Virus record (IMG/VR): IMGVR_UViG_3300035208_003581
Coordinates: 1 to 64,000 of that record
Strand: one strand, 5' to 3'
Source of the DNA: a virus
Taxonomy: Duplodnaviria; Caudoviricetes
DNA length: 64,000 nt
How positions within the stretch are numbered: the first letter of the stretch is position 1; each line of letters opens with the position of its first letter. Both the position numbers and the translations under genes were made by a program. The notes beneath the pieces are model-generated. The model did no database searches and was not told the origin of the DNA. It saw nothing but the letters and a program-made list of their open reading frames with translations. This document shows, in pieces, positions 8,666-18,686 of the stretch.

Positions 8666-9421
8666 ATGCAAATTGATTTAGATAAAGACCTAATTGTAAT
8701 AGGTAATGTTGTTGGATCACATACAGTAAGAGATATCAGTGTGACAATTAAGTATGGAGAATCAGTAAGATTGAACTCTAAGCAAGTATCAAAATCAATT
8801 GATCTCATTCATGATATAGAATCAAAAAAATTACGTATTGATTCACGTTTATATAAATCAAATTTGTCTATGAAAAAACAACATAATATCAAGGATGATA
8901 AAGTTTCAAAAGTTGTTGATATTGGTTTTAATGATTTAAAGAATTCAGTACAGAATAACACACAAGCATTATCTGATATGTCTAAAATTATTCAAGATTT
9001 AGTATTAGAAATGAAAAGTATGCATTCAGAATCATTAAGAGAAATACCTAGCCCTAATATTTGGAATGGTTTACTTTCTAAGGTATCTGAAATAATTTCT
9101 GAATTGGGAGATATAAAAGTATCAATATCTAATATGGATAATATTGCTATAGGGAATGATATATCTTTAGACGATTCAAGATTTGAAGATTTAAAATCAT
9201 TATTGAAAAAAGAAATAAGTTCCATTAAATTTTCCAGTATCTCAACTAATGAACTGAGTAATGGGTATACAGGTTTTGTACCAGATGTATATATACCTTC
9301 AAAATTAACTGGTTCTGTTGAGGTAGTTGATACTAAAATAACAACTGAATCTGTAAAATCAGATGGGTCGAAGATGAGAGATAACTTACGTGCTTTAAAG
9401 GCATTGAAGGACGATAAATAA
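8666..9421 (+). CDS. Coiled-coil hypothetical protein
   Basis: 251-aa ORF with helical heptads and a C-terminal LRALKALK helix. Confidence 0.6.
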   Translation: MQIDLDKDLIVIGNVVGSHTVRDISVTIKYGESVRLNSKQVSKSIDLIHDIESKKLRIDSRLYKSNLSMKKQHNIKDDKVSKVVDIGFNDLKNSVQNNTQALSDMSKIIQDLVLEMKSMHSESLREIPSPNIWNGLLSKVSEIISELGDIKVSISNMDNIAIGNDISLDDSRFEDLKSLLKKEISSIKFSSISTNELSNGYTGFVPDVYIPSKLTGSVEVVDTKITTESVKSDGSKMRDNLRALKALKDDK

Positions 9422-9484
9422 TAATGTGGGTAATAGATAGTAACTATCTTAAAACTGATTTTTTCTATGGTGTAATAAATATTA

Positions 9485-9781
9485 ATGATTAATGAGCCTT
9501 TATCATTTGTATTTTATTTTGAAAAGAATCTTTATTTTGCACATTGTGTTGATGGTGATGATGGGTCTGTTAATAGGTATCTTGTTAAACAGATAACGAA
9601 AAAAAATTATGACAAATTGTATAAAAATACTTCTGAACTTATAAATATTTATGATATATATAATATATTTACTGATTCTGAAATTTTTGTTGTGGACATA
9701 CACATAGGTTGTATGTCAATAGTTAATCAATGGGTGATCGAATATAAATATTTACCTGAAAAAATAAGACATGATGATTGA
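9485..9781 (+). CDS. Hypothetical protein (DUF6575-like)
   Basis: EPLSF..NLYFAHCVD..RYLV..YLP pattern; flanked by its own intergenic gaps. Confidence 0.4.
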   Translation: MINEPLSFVFYFEKNLYFAHCVDGDDGSVNRYLVKQITKKNYDKLYKNTSELINIYDIYNIFTDSEIFVVDIHIGCMSIVNQWVIEYKYLPEKIRHDD

Positions 9782-9865
9782 TAATGAATTTTTCTTTTAT
9801 AATATTTATACGTAGATTACAAAATATGTAGTTATATGTAACTGATTAATAAAAAGGAGTTTAAA

Positions 9866-10855
9866 ATGTTTGGAGTAGGACTTGACATTGGAACAATGAA
9901 TATCATTAGTTCTCGAAAAAATGAAGCAGATGATTTAGTGGTAAAACGTATTCGAGATGCATTTTTGGATTTAGACCTAGATGCTAAAAAAATGTTGAAA
10001 CTTACAAAAGTAAGTTATATTGAATATAGTGATAAAATAATAATTGTTGGTGACAATGCTTTAAATACTGCTAATATTTTAAAGAAGGATGCACGTAGAC
10101 CTTTAAGTAAAGGTATAATATCCCCATCTGAAATTGATGCAGTTGAAGTTCTTTCAGTCATGATCAAACAAGTTTTAGGTAAACCACAGAAAAAAGATGA
10201 AGTATGTTACTATTCAGTACCTGCAGCTCCTGTAGATGATCCTACTCGTGATGTTATTTACCATGCTAAAGTTTTTAGTCGTATTGTAGAAGATTTAGGT
10301 TATAAAGCTATAGAATCAAATGAAGCTCTTGCTATTATATTTTCAAATTGTGCTGAAGATGGATTTTCAGGTTTGGCATTTTCATATGGTTCTGGTATGG
10401 TAAATATAGCATTATCGTATCATACTTTAATGAGTATGTCATGTTCAATATCTAAAGGCGGTGATTGGATTGATACTCAAGCTGGGAAAGCTCTTAATTT
10501 AACAGCATCCAAAATGTGTTCAATTAAAGAAAAAGGTATTAATTTATTAGATCCAAAAGATCGCACTGAGGAAGCAATCAGTATTTATTATAAATCATTG
10601 ATTGAAGAATCTATTCATAATATGGTTGAGCAGGTAAATAATCTTGGAGATTCTGAATTCCCTGAAGCAATTCCTATTATTCTATCAGGAGGTACATCAC
10701 AAGCTCAAGGATTTTTGGAGCTATATAAATCTATTTTTAAAAATTATAAGGATAAGTTAAAGTTAGATATAAGTGAAATTCGAATGGCAAATAACCCATT
10801 AACAAGTGTTTCTGAAGGTTTGTTGTTACAAGCACTTCAGGACAGTGAAGATTGA
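9866..10855 (+). CDS. Actin-fold ATPase, volactin-like
   Basis: Phosphate-1 GLDIGTMN, connect-1 NEALA, phosphate-2 SYGSGMVN, GGDWID, adenosine LSGGTS, connect-2 PLTSVSEG; RBS AAGGAG. Confidence 0.88.
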   Translation: MFGVGLDIGTMNIISSRKNEADDLVVKRIRDAFLDLDLDAKKMLKLTKVSYIEYSDKIIIVGDNALNTANILKKDARRPLSKGIISPSEIDAVEVLSVMIKQVLGKPQKKDEVCYYSVPAAPVDDPTRDVIYHAKVFSRIVEDLGYKAIESNEALAIIFSNCAEDGFSGLAFSYGSGMVNIALSYHTLMSMSCSISKGGDWIDTQAGKALNLTASKMCSIKEKGINLLDPKDRTEEAISIYYKSLIEESIHNMVEQVNNLGDSEFPEAIPIILSGGTSQAQGFLELYKSIFKNYKDKLKLDISEIRMANNPLTSVSEGLLLQALQDSED

Positions 10856-10865
10856 GGAGAATTTT

Positions 10866-11162
10866 ATGAAGAGTTACAAAGGTATCCCATTGAAAGACGG
10901 AATGGTTGTTAAAACTGAGAGTAAAAATGTTACATCTTTAAAAGATGTTGAAGAAAAAAGAAAGTCAACATTGGAATCTGAACCTATTCAAGATAAAGAG
11001 ATTGAAGAAGATAAAGAAGAGTTAGATTCTTCAAAATTAAACCATATGCTTAAATCTGAACTTGAAAAAAAAGCAAAAAGTATGGGTATTTCTGTGACTG
11101 ATAACATGACAAAAAAATATTTAATTAAAGAAATTATTAAAAGTTATAATCATAAAGCATAA
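10866..11162 (+). CDS. Small protein with C-terminal Rho-N/HeH-like helical motif
   Basis: Start moved to ATG 10866 (RBS GAGGAG); motif LNHMLKSELEKKAKSMGI...MTKKYLIKEI. Confidence 0.6.
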   Translation: MKSYKGIPLKDGMVVKTESKNVTSLKDVEEKRKSTLESEPIQDKEIEEDKEELDSSKLNHMLKSELEKKAKSMGISVTDNMTKKYLIKEIIKSYNHKA

Positions 11163-11165
11163 CCT

Positions 11166-12311
11166 ATGTCTTATTATTGGTTAGTAAATTCTACAAAAAA
11201 AAGATTGATTAAAGAATTGAAAGGTGTGTTTACTGACCATCCTTATTATTCTAAAATTGTACCATTTATTCAAGATAAATTTTCTTTCTCAGAACGCCCA
11301 CAATATGGTATAATATTAAAATCATCTTCTGGAAATAAAGTAAATCTTAGCCCTCAGAATTTTATTGGTACTATTAAGAGTTATTGTACTAAGGCTTATA
11401 TTGATGGTTATCAAGGAATGTTCTTAGAATGGTTAAGGGAAGATACATTATCATTAAAAAATAATAATGGTATTTTCCCAACAAACCCAGGTTTCTATAA
11501 AATAGAAGTGATTAGTGTAAATGAACAGAAAACATCTGGTTCTATAATTGTTGATTCTACTCATTCTATATTTGATGAGCATATACTTACTGCTATTACT
11601 GGGCTTGAAAATACAGCTTTATTAGAAAAAGAACCTATTCTAGGTACTGTGCGTTTATATTTAGGCAATAGTTTGTATGGATTAACTGAAGGTGTTGATT
11701 TTGAAATTTCTGGTAAAAATATTACATTCTTAACACCTTTATATCCATATACTGATGTATATGCTGATTATAAAGTTTTTATTGGGTCTAGTGGTCCTTA
11801 TCAATTCAATTCTTTTACATCGAATAATGAGATATTGCCTGGAGTGGTACTTGCATTTGGGAATCGTATTTTACAAGGTGATCGTTGTGTCATTATGGTC
11901 ACAGATACTCGTATTAATGCTTATGACGAGTATGGTGGTCGCTATGATATGACATTTGAACTTGATACTATTGCAAGAGATCCTATTCAAGCAGAGCAAA
12001 TATCAGATTTTGCTTCAGTATCAATACTACAATTGATGGATACATTAGCTAATGAAGGTATTGTACTCACTGATGGTCCTAATTTAGGTGGTGAATCAGA
12101 AGAAGTTTATGATGAAGAAGGTGATGAACAGTATTATTCTTATAGTTTTTCTTTATCATTACAAACTGATTGGGCATATTACAAACCGTTACCTATAATG
12201 ATTCATAAGATATTATCTGAGGATGTTCTTATGGAGATGAAAATTACAGATGAGGATTATAGTGATAGAATACAGTCTATCACTAATTTAGATATTGAAA
12301 AATTTTATTAA
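11166..12311 (+). CDS. Putative tail terminator/completion protein with inserted domain
   Basis: Lies shortly upstream of the sheath; fold pattern LIKELK..F / FELDTIARD..QAEQISD / YSYSFSLSLQTDW. Confidence 0.5.
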   Translation: MSYYWLVNSTKKRLIKELKGVFTDHPYYSKIVPFIQDKFSFSERPQYGIILKSSSGNKVNLSPQNFIGTIKSYCTKAYIDGYQGMFLEWLREDTLSLKNNNGIFPTNPGFYKIEVISVNEQKTSGSIIVDSTHSIFDEHILTAITGLENTALLEKEPILGTVRLYLGNSLYGLTEGVDFEISGKNITFLTPLYPYTDVYADYKVFIGSSGPYQFNSFTSNNEILPGVVLAFGNRILQGDRCVIMVTDTRINAYDEYGGRYDMTFELDTIARDPIQAEQISDFASVSILQLMDTLANEGIVLTDGPNLGGESEEVYDEEGDEQYYSYSFSLSLQTDWAYYKPLPIMIHKILSEDVLMEMKITDEDYSDRIQSITNLDIEKFY

Positions 12312-12397
12312 TTTTATATTTCATGTAATTAAATATTTTTATCTTTTTATGTTTTGAGTATATTGAGTGAATTAATATGTAACAGGAGGAATAAGAT

Positions 12398-12814
12398 ATG
12401 CCAGTTTATAAATATCTATGTAAATCATGTGGGTTAGAATTTGATAAATTAGTTTCTGTATCAGATGCTAAAAAAGAATCTGATTGCATAAGTTGTAGTG
12501 GTAAAGCAAATAAAATGATTACATCAGCTAATTTTAATTTTAAATCAAAACAGGAACAAGGTTCTACTGGTATTCATGATATTGATTATCCTAATGTAGA
12601 TAAAGCTGTTGGTCGTTCAGCAGAAACAAAATGGATCGATTTCAGAGATCGGCGTGAAGTTGCAGATCAAGCACGAGACGCTTATAATGCTAAATATCTT
12701 GGTAAGATAGCTGTTGATTCTCATACTGATGAGTATTATAAAGTATCAGATTCTAAAGTTAAGTATCGTAGAGAAGTGGCAAATGAACTAAGTGATGCAT
12801 TATCACATAGTTAA
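12398..12814 (+). CDS. FmdB-family zinc-ribbon protein
   Basis: MPVYKYLCKSCGLEFD...CISC...KMITSANFNFK signature; RBS AGGAGG. Confidence 0.8.
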   Translation: MPVYKYLCKSCGLEFDKLVSVSDAKKESDCISCSGKANKMITSANFNFKSKQEQGSTGIHDIDYPNVDKAVGRSAETKWIDFRDRREVADQARDAYNAKYLGKIAVDSHTDEYYKVSDSKVKYRREVANELSDALSHS

Positions 12815-12858
12815 GTCAATTTAAATAGAAGTAAAAGTAAATTAGGAGGAATTTTATC

Positions 12859-15800
12859 ATGGCGTTAGGAACTGGGCCTTTTGAATCACACGTGTTTCCT
12901 GGTGTATATACTCAGACTGTTCGAGAACGAGGAGGCGGTCCCCCTGCAGGAATCAGACCTATAGTATTTATAGGTGTCGGTCAAGAATACTTAGAGAATA
13001 AAGACTTTGAACTTGTTCGTGGCTCATCGTCAACTGTTGATCAACAGATTGTCAAAGAAGATGAATCTGTACGTATTGTGTTAGATGAGACAAATCCATC
13101 TAATCCTATTCTTGGGTTAGCTGATGGATCTCATTCAAAATTCAGAGTTAGAAATTGGCCTATTGTTTTGGGTGATGGTCGAGGAACCACTTCTACTAAT
13201 CCTCAATCCGTGACAGTTACTGTGGATGGTATTCAGGTGGTTGTAGCTCAAGTCAATGGTTCTGAGGGTTATGTAACCCTTCAATCAATTCCTTCTGAAG
13301 GTGCAGATATTAAGTGTACTTATTATTTTAATCGTACAGATACACAGATTACCGATGATGTTAGTGATCAAGTTACACCAGATTATGCCACATTATATTC
13401 TAATGCAGAGACTTGGGATATCATTAGTGGTATTAATGATACTTTAGATCTTACAATTGCTGATGGTTCAGAGCAGACAGTTACATTAACTGCTGGATCT
13501 GGTATTACAGCCTTACAAGTTGTAGCAGATATTGAATTAGCACAAATTTCTGGTCTTACTTCATCTGTTTATGTTGACTCTGAAGGAAATAATAAAGTTA
13601 AATTATTAGCATCTACTGAGATAACTATTGGAAATGGTAATGCTAATTCACTTTTTGGATTTTCAGCAGGTCAAACTTCTGGGAGAAATAAAATTTTCAA
13701 AGTTTTCCAAAGACCTATTGTTGATGGATCAAATGGTGGTATTACTACTAATGAAGTAGCAAATATCATTGTTAAAGTAAATTACTTGGAAGTTACAGCA
13801 TATACATTAGATGGGGTAAATGGTGTAGTTACTCTTAAAACACCTCCAGCAGTTGGTTCAACTGTTACTGTTGAATATTATTTCAACACATATCAGGATA
13901 CATTTGATTATTTACCTCATACTGATATTACTAATGTCGGTGCCTGTGGTGTTGCTCCTGGTAGCAGAGATTATACAAATCTTTCAGACTTTGTTGTTCA
14001 AGACGGTAAGATTCATTGGGGAACTTCTGTAGCTATTTCTGCTGGTGAACGTTCAGCAGGAGCGGAGCCTTTTGATTCAACTCAAATATCTTCGTTATTG
14101 ATTGATAATAGAATGTATCTTGATCAATGTACACGTTTTGTTGATACTTCTGTATCTCCATCAATAGTTTCTGATAATCAATTCATACTCCCACTTATAC
14201 CAACAAGTGGTAATGGTCGTGATACGTTACTTGGTTCTTCATTATACTCATCAGTTACTTCTGGTCGCATAGATTTACCAACTAACCGTCCAGATCTTGT
14301 TATTGCTTATAGAGGTCGTGATGTTCGTGATGCGATGAATAAAGGACCTATTACAGTGTTGGAAGTAGATTCTGCCACACGTAAGATTAAAGTGGCAGAA
14401 ACAGTACCGCCAGGTGAATATGTTTATGCTACTTATTGGCATAATGTTATTCGTGATGATACATATACTTTAAGCTGCACTACAAAAGGATCATCTGGTG
14501 TGGGTAAATATAGCATCCATTCACAGTTAAATGATGCAAATATGTATGCAGTACTCTTTGGAACGAAGAATGTTGGTTTATCAGAAACCATTCAATGGCC
14601 TTCTGGTGTGGAATTAAAACCATACGCTCATTTTTTTGGTGGTTCTCCTATACCCGAAGAGGTTACTATTACATTCAGTGATTCTGATGGATTACCAGCT
14701 ATTTTCACAAATTCTGAGCCAGGACCATATAATTTGTTTGATGGTACAAGTGATCAATTTTTTTACAACATTGATAATGATGGTGCTGCTGTTGTAGACC
14801 TTGGTGATGCTGCACCAGCATCATTGGTTGGTGATATTTGTGGAGATACCATTAATACTGTTGGAGCTACTGCATTAAACATTACTGTAAATGGTACTGC
14901 TATTGCTGTAACACTTCCTTCTGGAGCTTCAACACCATTAGAGGGTGCTTTGTCTGTTATATTAGCAATTAATACGGCATCGCAATCAGCAATTACTGCT
15001 GATATTGCCGAAAAAGTTGGTACTGGTGCACGAGCACGATTGAGATTATATAGTTCTGTATCACCTACAACTCCTGATACTGTTAGTTCTGTAAGTGTAC
15101 AATCTGGTACAGCCAATGCTGTATTAGGTCTAACTACAAATACAATTTCTACTGGTATACAAAAAGCAGTTGCATTACCAGCAACTATGTTAAATACCAT
15201 TGAAGAGCCTATAGTAATTACTTCTGGTTTAAATGATACTTTTAAGGTTACTTTTGAAGGTATTCCTTATGAAGTTACACTGACAGCAGGATCTCGTACT
15301 GCAGCTCAAATAGCTTCTGATATTAATACTGCTACAGGTGCTACAAATGCTGTGTCAACTACTATAGATGGTAGTAATTATTTAAGATTAAATTCAATAG
15401 TAACTTCACTTGATTCTAAGATTACCATTGGTAATGGTAATGCCAATTCAATATTAGGATTTACTACTGGATCAGTAGCAAGTTTACGTTTACCTAATGC
15501 TTTAAGTATTGTTACAGCTTTGAATGCTTCAGCAGCATTTAAAGTATTAGCATTAGCACGAACAGTGACACAAGCTGGTGTTGGAACTGTTTTGCAGATT
15601 GAGTCTCTTACTGCAGGTTCTACGTCATCAATTGCTTTTGGCACAGGGTCATTGAGTGCATTTAATAATACTGGTCTTGGTATTATTCCTGGTACATCTG
15701 GAGATGTTGGAGAGGCTGTTGGTAGCTATTATGTTGTTTCATCAAGTAATGTTACTTCTGGTTCAGGTACTGGAACAAATAATATAGGTTATCCTGGTCA

Positions 15801-17085
15801 GACATATACGGATGAAATTACAGGATTACAGTTTACAATTCTTGAATCTACATCAGGAAGCTATACTGATGGAGAAGGTTTTACTCTTAATGTAGTAGAA
15901 GAAATCCCTACAGATTCAAATACACCTGTACTTGCAATTCCAGGTATTGAATTAACAGTATCAAATACTACTAATGTGACTGTTGGTGATACTGGAATAG
16001 TCCAGACATTCAGTAAATCAGGTTCAGAACCAGCTATCGGTGATTTTTATTATCTTTCATACGCATATACAAAAGAAAGTTTTAGTACTGAATTATTTAC
16101 TTCCGATGAATTAAATATTATTAAAGCTATGTATGGTGATGTATCTGTTGATAATCAATTGTCTTTGATGGCTCAGATTGCATTTGATAATGGGTTACCG
16201 TATTTAGGTCTCAAACAAGTTCTCAAATCTGGTACAGGCAGTCAAGCAACAGCTCAGGCATTCATTGAAGCAATAAATGAATTGTCACAACCTTTATCAA
16301 ACCAAACAAGGCCTTACATTTTAGTACCATTAACTACTGATACAAGTGTTATTTCTTACTTAAAACAACATTGTACAATTCAGGCTAGTCCACGTTATGG
16401 TAATAAACGTTTAGGATTTTTTGGATTCTCATCTGGTACACGTCCTTCAGATGCACAATTGATTGCTAAGTCAATTGCATCTGACCGTATGCGTTGTGTT
16501 TATCCTGATACTGCTATTGTAGCAATTACTGACAGTGTGGGTGTTGAAACTGAATATGTTGTGGATGGTACCTTCCTTGCAGGTGCATTAGCAGCAAAAA
16601 TTATGAATCCATCTCGTGACTTTGCAACACCATATACCAATACTGTTATTAATGGGTTTAAACGTTTAGGTCGTCGTTTGGATGCTCCTACACAAAGTCA
16701 AACAGCTATTGCAGGTATTAATGTTTTAGAAGATACTGCGACAGCAATTAAAGTTAAACAAGGGTTTACTACGGATATGAGTGATTTACTTACTCAGATT
16801 CCTACTATGACTCAAATTGATGACCTTGTGCATGAGCTTCATACAAATCGTCTAGTGAAGTATTCTGGTATTAAGTATCTCAGTGGTATGACAACAGATA
16901 TCCAAGCTGATTCAAACCAAGTTATGAAGAGTTTGAAACAAACTAACATTATCACTGGTTATTTACCAGCAGTTGCTACACCTAGCGTAGATGATCCAAC
17001 TTTAATACGTGTAGAAACATATTATGCTCCTATATTCCCATCTCTGTATATTCTCGTAACACAAAATGTTAGAGTTCGTATATAG
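12859..17085 (+). CDS. Contractile tail sheath protein (1408 aa, multiple inserted domains)
   Basis: N-terminal FPGVYTQ..IVFIGVG; C-terminal sheath core (RMRCVYP, GTFLAGALAA, AGINVLE, DPTLIRVETYYAPIFP..YILVT). Confidence 0.9.
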   Translation: MALGTGPFESHVFPGVYTQTVRERGGGPPAGIRPIVFIGVGQEYLENKDFELVRGSSSTVDQQIVKEDESVRIVLDETNPSNPILGLADGSHSKFRVRNWPIVLGDGRGTTSTNPQSVTVTVDGIQVVVAQVNGSEGYVTLQSIPSEGADIKCTYYFNRTDTQITDDVSDQVTPDYATLYSNAETWDIISGINDTLDLTIADGSEQTVTLTAGSGITALQVVADIELAQISGLTSSVYVDSEGNNKVKLLASTEITIGNGNANSLFGFSAGQTSGRNKIFKVFQRPIVDGSNGGITTNEVANIIVKVNYLEVTAYTLDGVNGVVTLKTPPAVGSTVTVEYYFNTYQDTFDYLPHTDITNVGACGVAPGSRDYTNLSDFVVQDGKIHWGTSVAISAGERSAGAEPFDSTQISSLLIDNRMYLDQCTRFVDTSVSPSIVSDNQFILPLIPTSGNGRDTLLGSSLYSSVTSGRIDLPTNRPDLVIAYRGRDVRDAMNKGPITVLEVDSATRKIKVAETVPPGEYVYATYWHNVIRDDTYTLSCTTKGSSGVGKYSIHSQLNDANMYAVLFGTKNVGLSETIQWPSGVELKPYAHFFGGSPIPEEVTITFSDSDGLPAIFTNSEPGPYNLFDGTSDQFFYNIDNDGAAVVDLGDAAPASLVGDICGDTINTVGATALNITVNGTAIAVTLPSGASTPLEGALSVILAINTASQSAITADIAEKVGTGARARLRLYSSVSPTTPDTVSSVSVQSGTANAVLGLTTNTISTGIQKAVALPATMLNTIEEPIVITSGLNDTFKVTFEGIPYEVTLTAGSRTAAQIASDINTATGATNAVSTTIDGSNYLRLNSIVTSLDSKITIGNGNANSILGFTTGSVASLRLPNALSIVTALNASAAFKVLALARTVTQAGVGTVLQIESLTAGSTSSIAFGTGSLSAFNNTGLGIIPGTSGDVGEAVGSYYVVSSSNVTSGSGTGTNNIGYPGQTYTDEITGLQFTILESTSGSYTDGEGFTLNVVEEIPTDSNTPVLAIPGIELTVSNTTNVTVGDTGIVQTFSKSGSEPAIGDFYYLSYAYTKESFSTELFTSDELNIIKAMYGDVSVDNQLSLMAQIAFDNGLPYLGLKQVLKSGTGSQATAQAFIEAINELSQPLSNQTRPYILVPLTTDTSVISYLKQHCTIQASPRYGNKRLGFFGFSSGTRPSDAQLIAKSIASDRMRCVYPDTAIVAITDSVGVETEYVVDGTFLAGALAAKIMNPSRDFATPYTNTVINGFKRLGRRLDAPTQSQTAIAGINVLEDTATAIKVKQGFTTDMSDLLTQIPTMTQIDDLVHELHTNRLVKYSGIKYLSGMTTDIQADSNQVMKSLKQTNIITGYLPAVATPSVDDPTLIRVETYYAPIFPSLYILVTQNVRVRI

Positions 17086-17095
17086 AATCCCATTA

Positions 17096-17126
17096 AAATG
17101 AGGGTCTTGTAATAAGACCCTCATTT
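17096..17126 (+). terminator. 13-bp hairpin after the sheath gene
   Basis: AAATGAGGGTCTT-GTAAT-AAGACCCTCATTT, a perfect inverted repeat 10 nt after the stop. Confidence 0.8.
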
Positions 17127-17200
17127 CCCACCTTTAAAATTATTTTAATTTGTTAATTTAATATACTTATTGGTATGATTTATATTAAAGGAGATCACAA

Positions 17201-17557
17201 ATGGCTTCAAATGCAAAAATTTCAATGACATTACAATACCCGCCAGAAGATAATGCTAGTGATGTTCAAATACCTAAAATTGTTAATATTACTGGTTTCA
17301 CTGAGAAGGTAGATAGTACATTTGTTTTGTCAATTGGTGATGGGTTAGAGTTGAATCTTGGTTCTGTAGAATCTGCAAAAGCAATATATATATCAACTAC
17401 TGAAGAAATTACTGTGCATCTTAATTCATCAATTACTGGGTTCATGTTAGCTGCAGATGGTGTGTTTTTATTGGTAGGTGGTCCAAGTGCTATAGAATCT
17501 ATAACAGTTGATGTCACTGTTGAAGGTACATCAATACGTTTGTGGGCAATTGAGTAG
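17201..17557 (+). CDS. Small beta-rich putative virion protein
   Basis: 118 aa with RBS AAGGAG; composition resembles a beta-sandwich. Confidence 0.55.
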   Translation: MASNAKISMTLQYPPEDNASDVQIPKIVNITGFTEKVDSTFVLSIGDGLELNLGSVESAKAIYISTTEEITVHLNSSITGFMLAADGVFLLVGGPSAIESITVDVTVEGTSIRLWAIE

Positions 17558-17558
17558 A

Positions 17559-17801
17559 TTATCCTAAAAGGATAATCTTGTATGAAGATAGAAGTTTATG
17601 TGTTCTGTTTATTTTTTTCATACTGTTTATTTTATTTCTTTTAACAGACCAATTATCAAGTTCAGATTTTGAAAAGAAATAGGGCTTTTCATTTTTATTT
17701 ACAGGGCATACGTTACCTTTATAAACTAGATTATAAAATGAATTTTTTGTCATATTTAGATATGTAGCAGCTTCTTCTGTATTTAAGAATTTTTCTGACA
17801 T
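17559..17801 (-). CDS. Excisionase/MerR-like helix-turn-helix DNA-binding protein
   Basis: FLNTEEAATYLNMTKNSFYNLVYKG...YFFSKSELDNW is the HTH_17 pattern. Confidence 0.85.
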   Translation of the reverse strand: MSEKFLNTEEAATYLNMTKNSFYNLVYKGNVCPVNKNEKPYFFSKSELDNWSVKRNKINSMKKINRTHKLLSSYKIILLG

Positions 17802-17814
17802 GAGTCACCCTATC

Positions 17815-18573
17815 TTAATTAAATAACATTTCTTTTAACATGTTTTCAGATTGTGGACTATGCTTAATACCTGTCATGAATTTTACAAATTCATCACCAA
17901 TTTTATTTATTATATATTGAATAGAACCTGGTTGTATATTTTTTTGTAAGTTTTTACTTTCATCTTCTGCTATTTCAGTAAGAGTATCACCTTCGAGAAA
18001 ATAATTTTCAAATACATTTTTAATATCAATTTCATTTTTCCAAGGTATTGTTCCTAAATATTTTTCAAACTCACCTAAAATCATGTCCCAATCTTTTGAA
18101 TTAGTAGTATCTAGTACAACTTGATTTTTTTGAAATGTTTCATCAAATTCATTTTCTTTTGATTTGTCCCTAAAAGATTTAGAATCTTTAACATTTAATG
18201 CATATTGTTTTGCTTTATGATAAAGCAATTTTGAAATTGATATTGGGTTCATATCATTAAATTTTGTGTCTTCAAACCATTTTTTCTCAATTAATTCTTG
18301 TATGAATCCTTGAAGTGTATCATTCATGTCTTCTGTGTTTTTTATATATAGAATACTTTTGAACAAGCTTCTAATTAGATTGAAAGTCTTTTTTGCTTCT
18401 TCTAATGTTATTGATTTATCAATTTTTTCAAATTCTTGCATTAAATATTGTATCCAGAATTCGGGATTTGCTTTTTTTAATGCTGATGCTAAGAGTAAGA
18501 ATTTTTCTTTAGTTGAGAAAGACATGTAAATTTTTTTATACATTGCACATAAAATTTTTGATGATTTAAGCAT
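17815..18573 (-). CDS. Sigma-factor-like protein (region-4-like HTH)
   Basis: Start moved to ATG 18573 (RBS GGAG). C-terminal VFENYFLEGDTLTEIAE..IQPGSIQYIINKI resembles sigma region 4; a region-2-like helix EDMNDTLQGFIQEL lies upstream. Confidence 0.55.
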   Translation of the reverse strand: MLKSSKILCAMYKKIYMSFSTKEKFLLLASALKKANPEFWIQYLMQEFEKIDKSITLEEAKKTFNLIRSLFKSILYIKNTEDMNDTLQGFIQELIEKKWFEDTKFNDMNPISISKLLYHKAKQYALNVKDSKSFRDKSKENEFDETFQKNQVVLDTTNSKDWDMILGEFEKYLGTIPWKNEIDIKNVFENYFLEGDTLTEIAEDESKNLQKNIQPGSIQYIINKIGDEFVKFMTGIKHSPQSENMLKEMLFN

Positions 18574-18670
18574 TTTAATCTCCATAAAAGTTTTATACCC
18601 TATTAACTGTTGGTATAAAAGTATTATTTTATATTTTCAAAAAATTTTAAAATATTTATTTAGACTTTGT

Positions 18671-18686
18671 ATTATAGATCTATAAT
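18671..18686. promoter_or_regulatory. Perfect 16-bp palindrome with TATAAT on both strands
   Basis: ATTATAGATCTATAAT in the divergent intergenic region. Confidence 0.5.
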
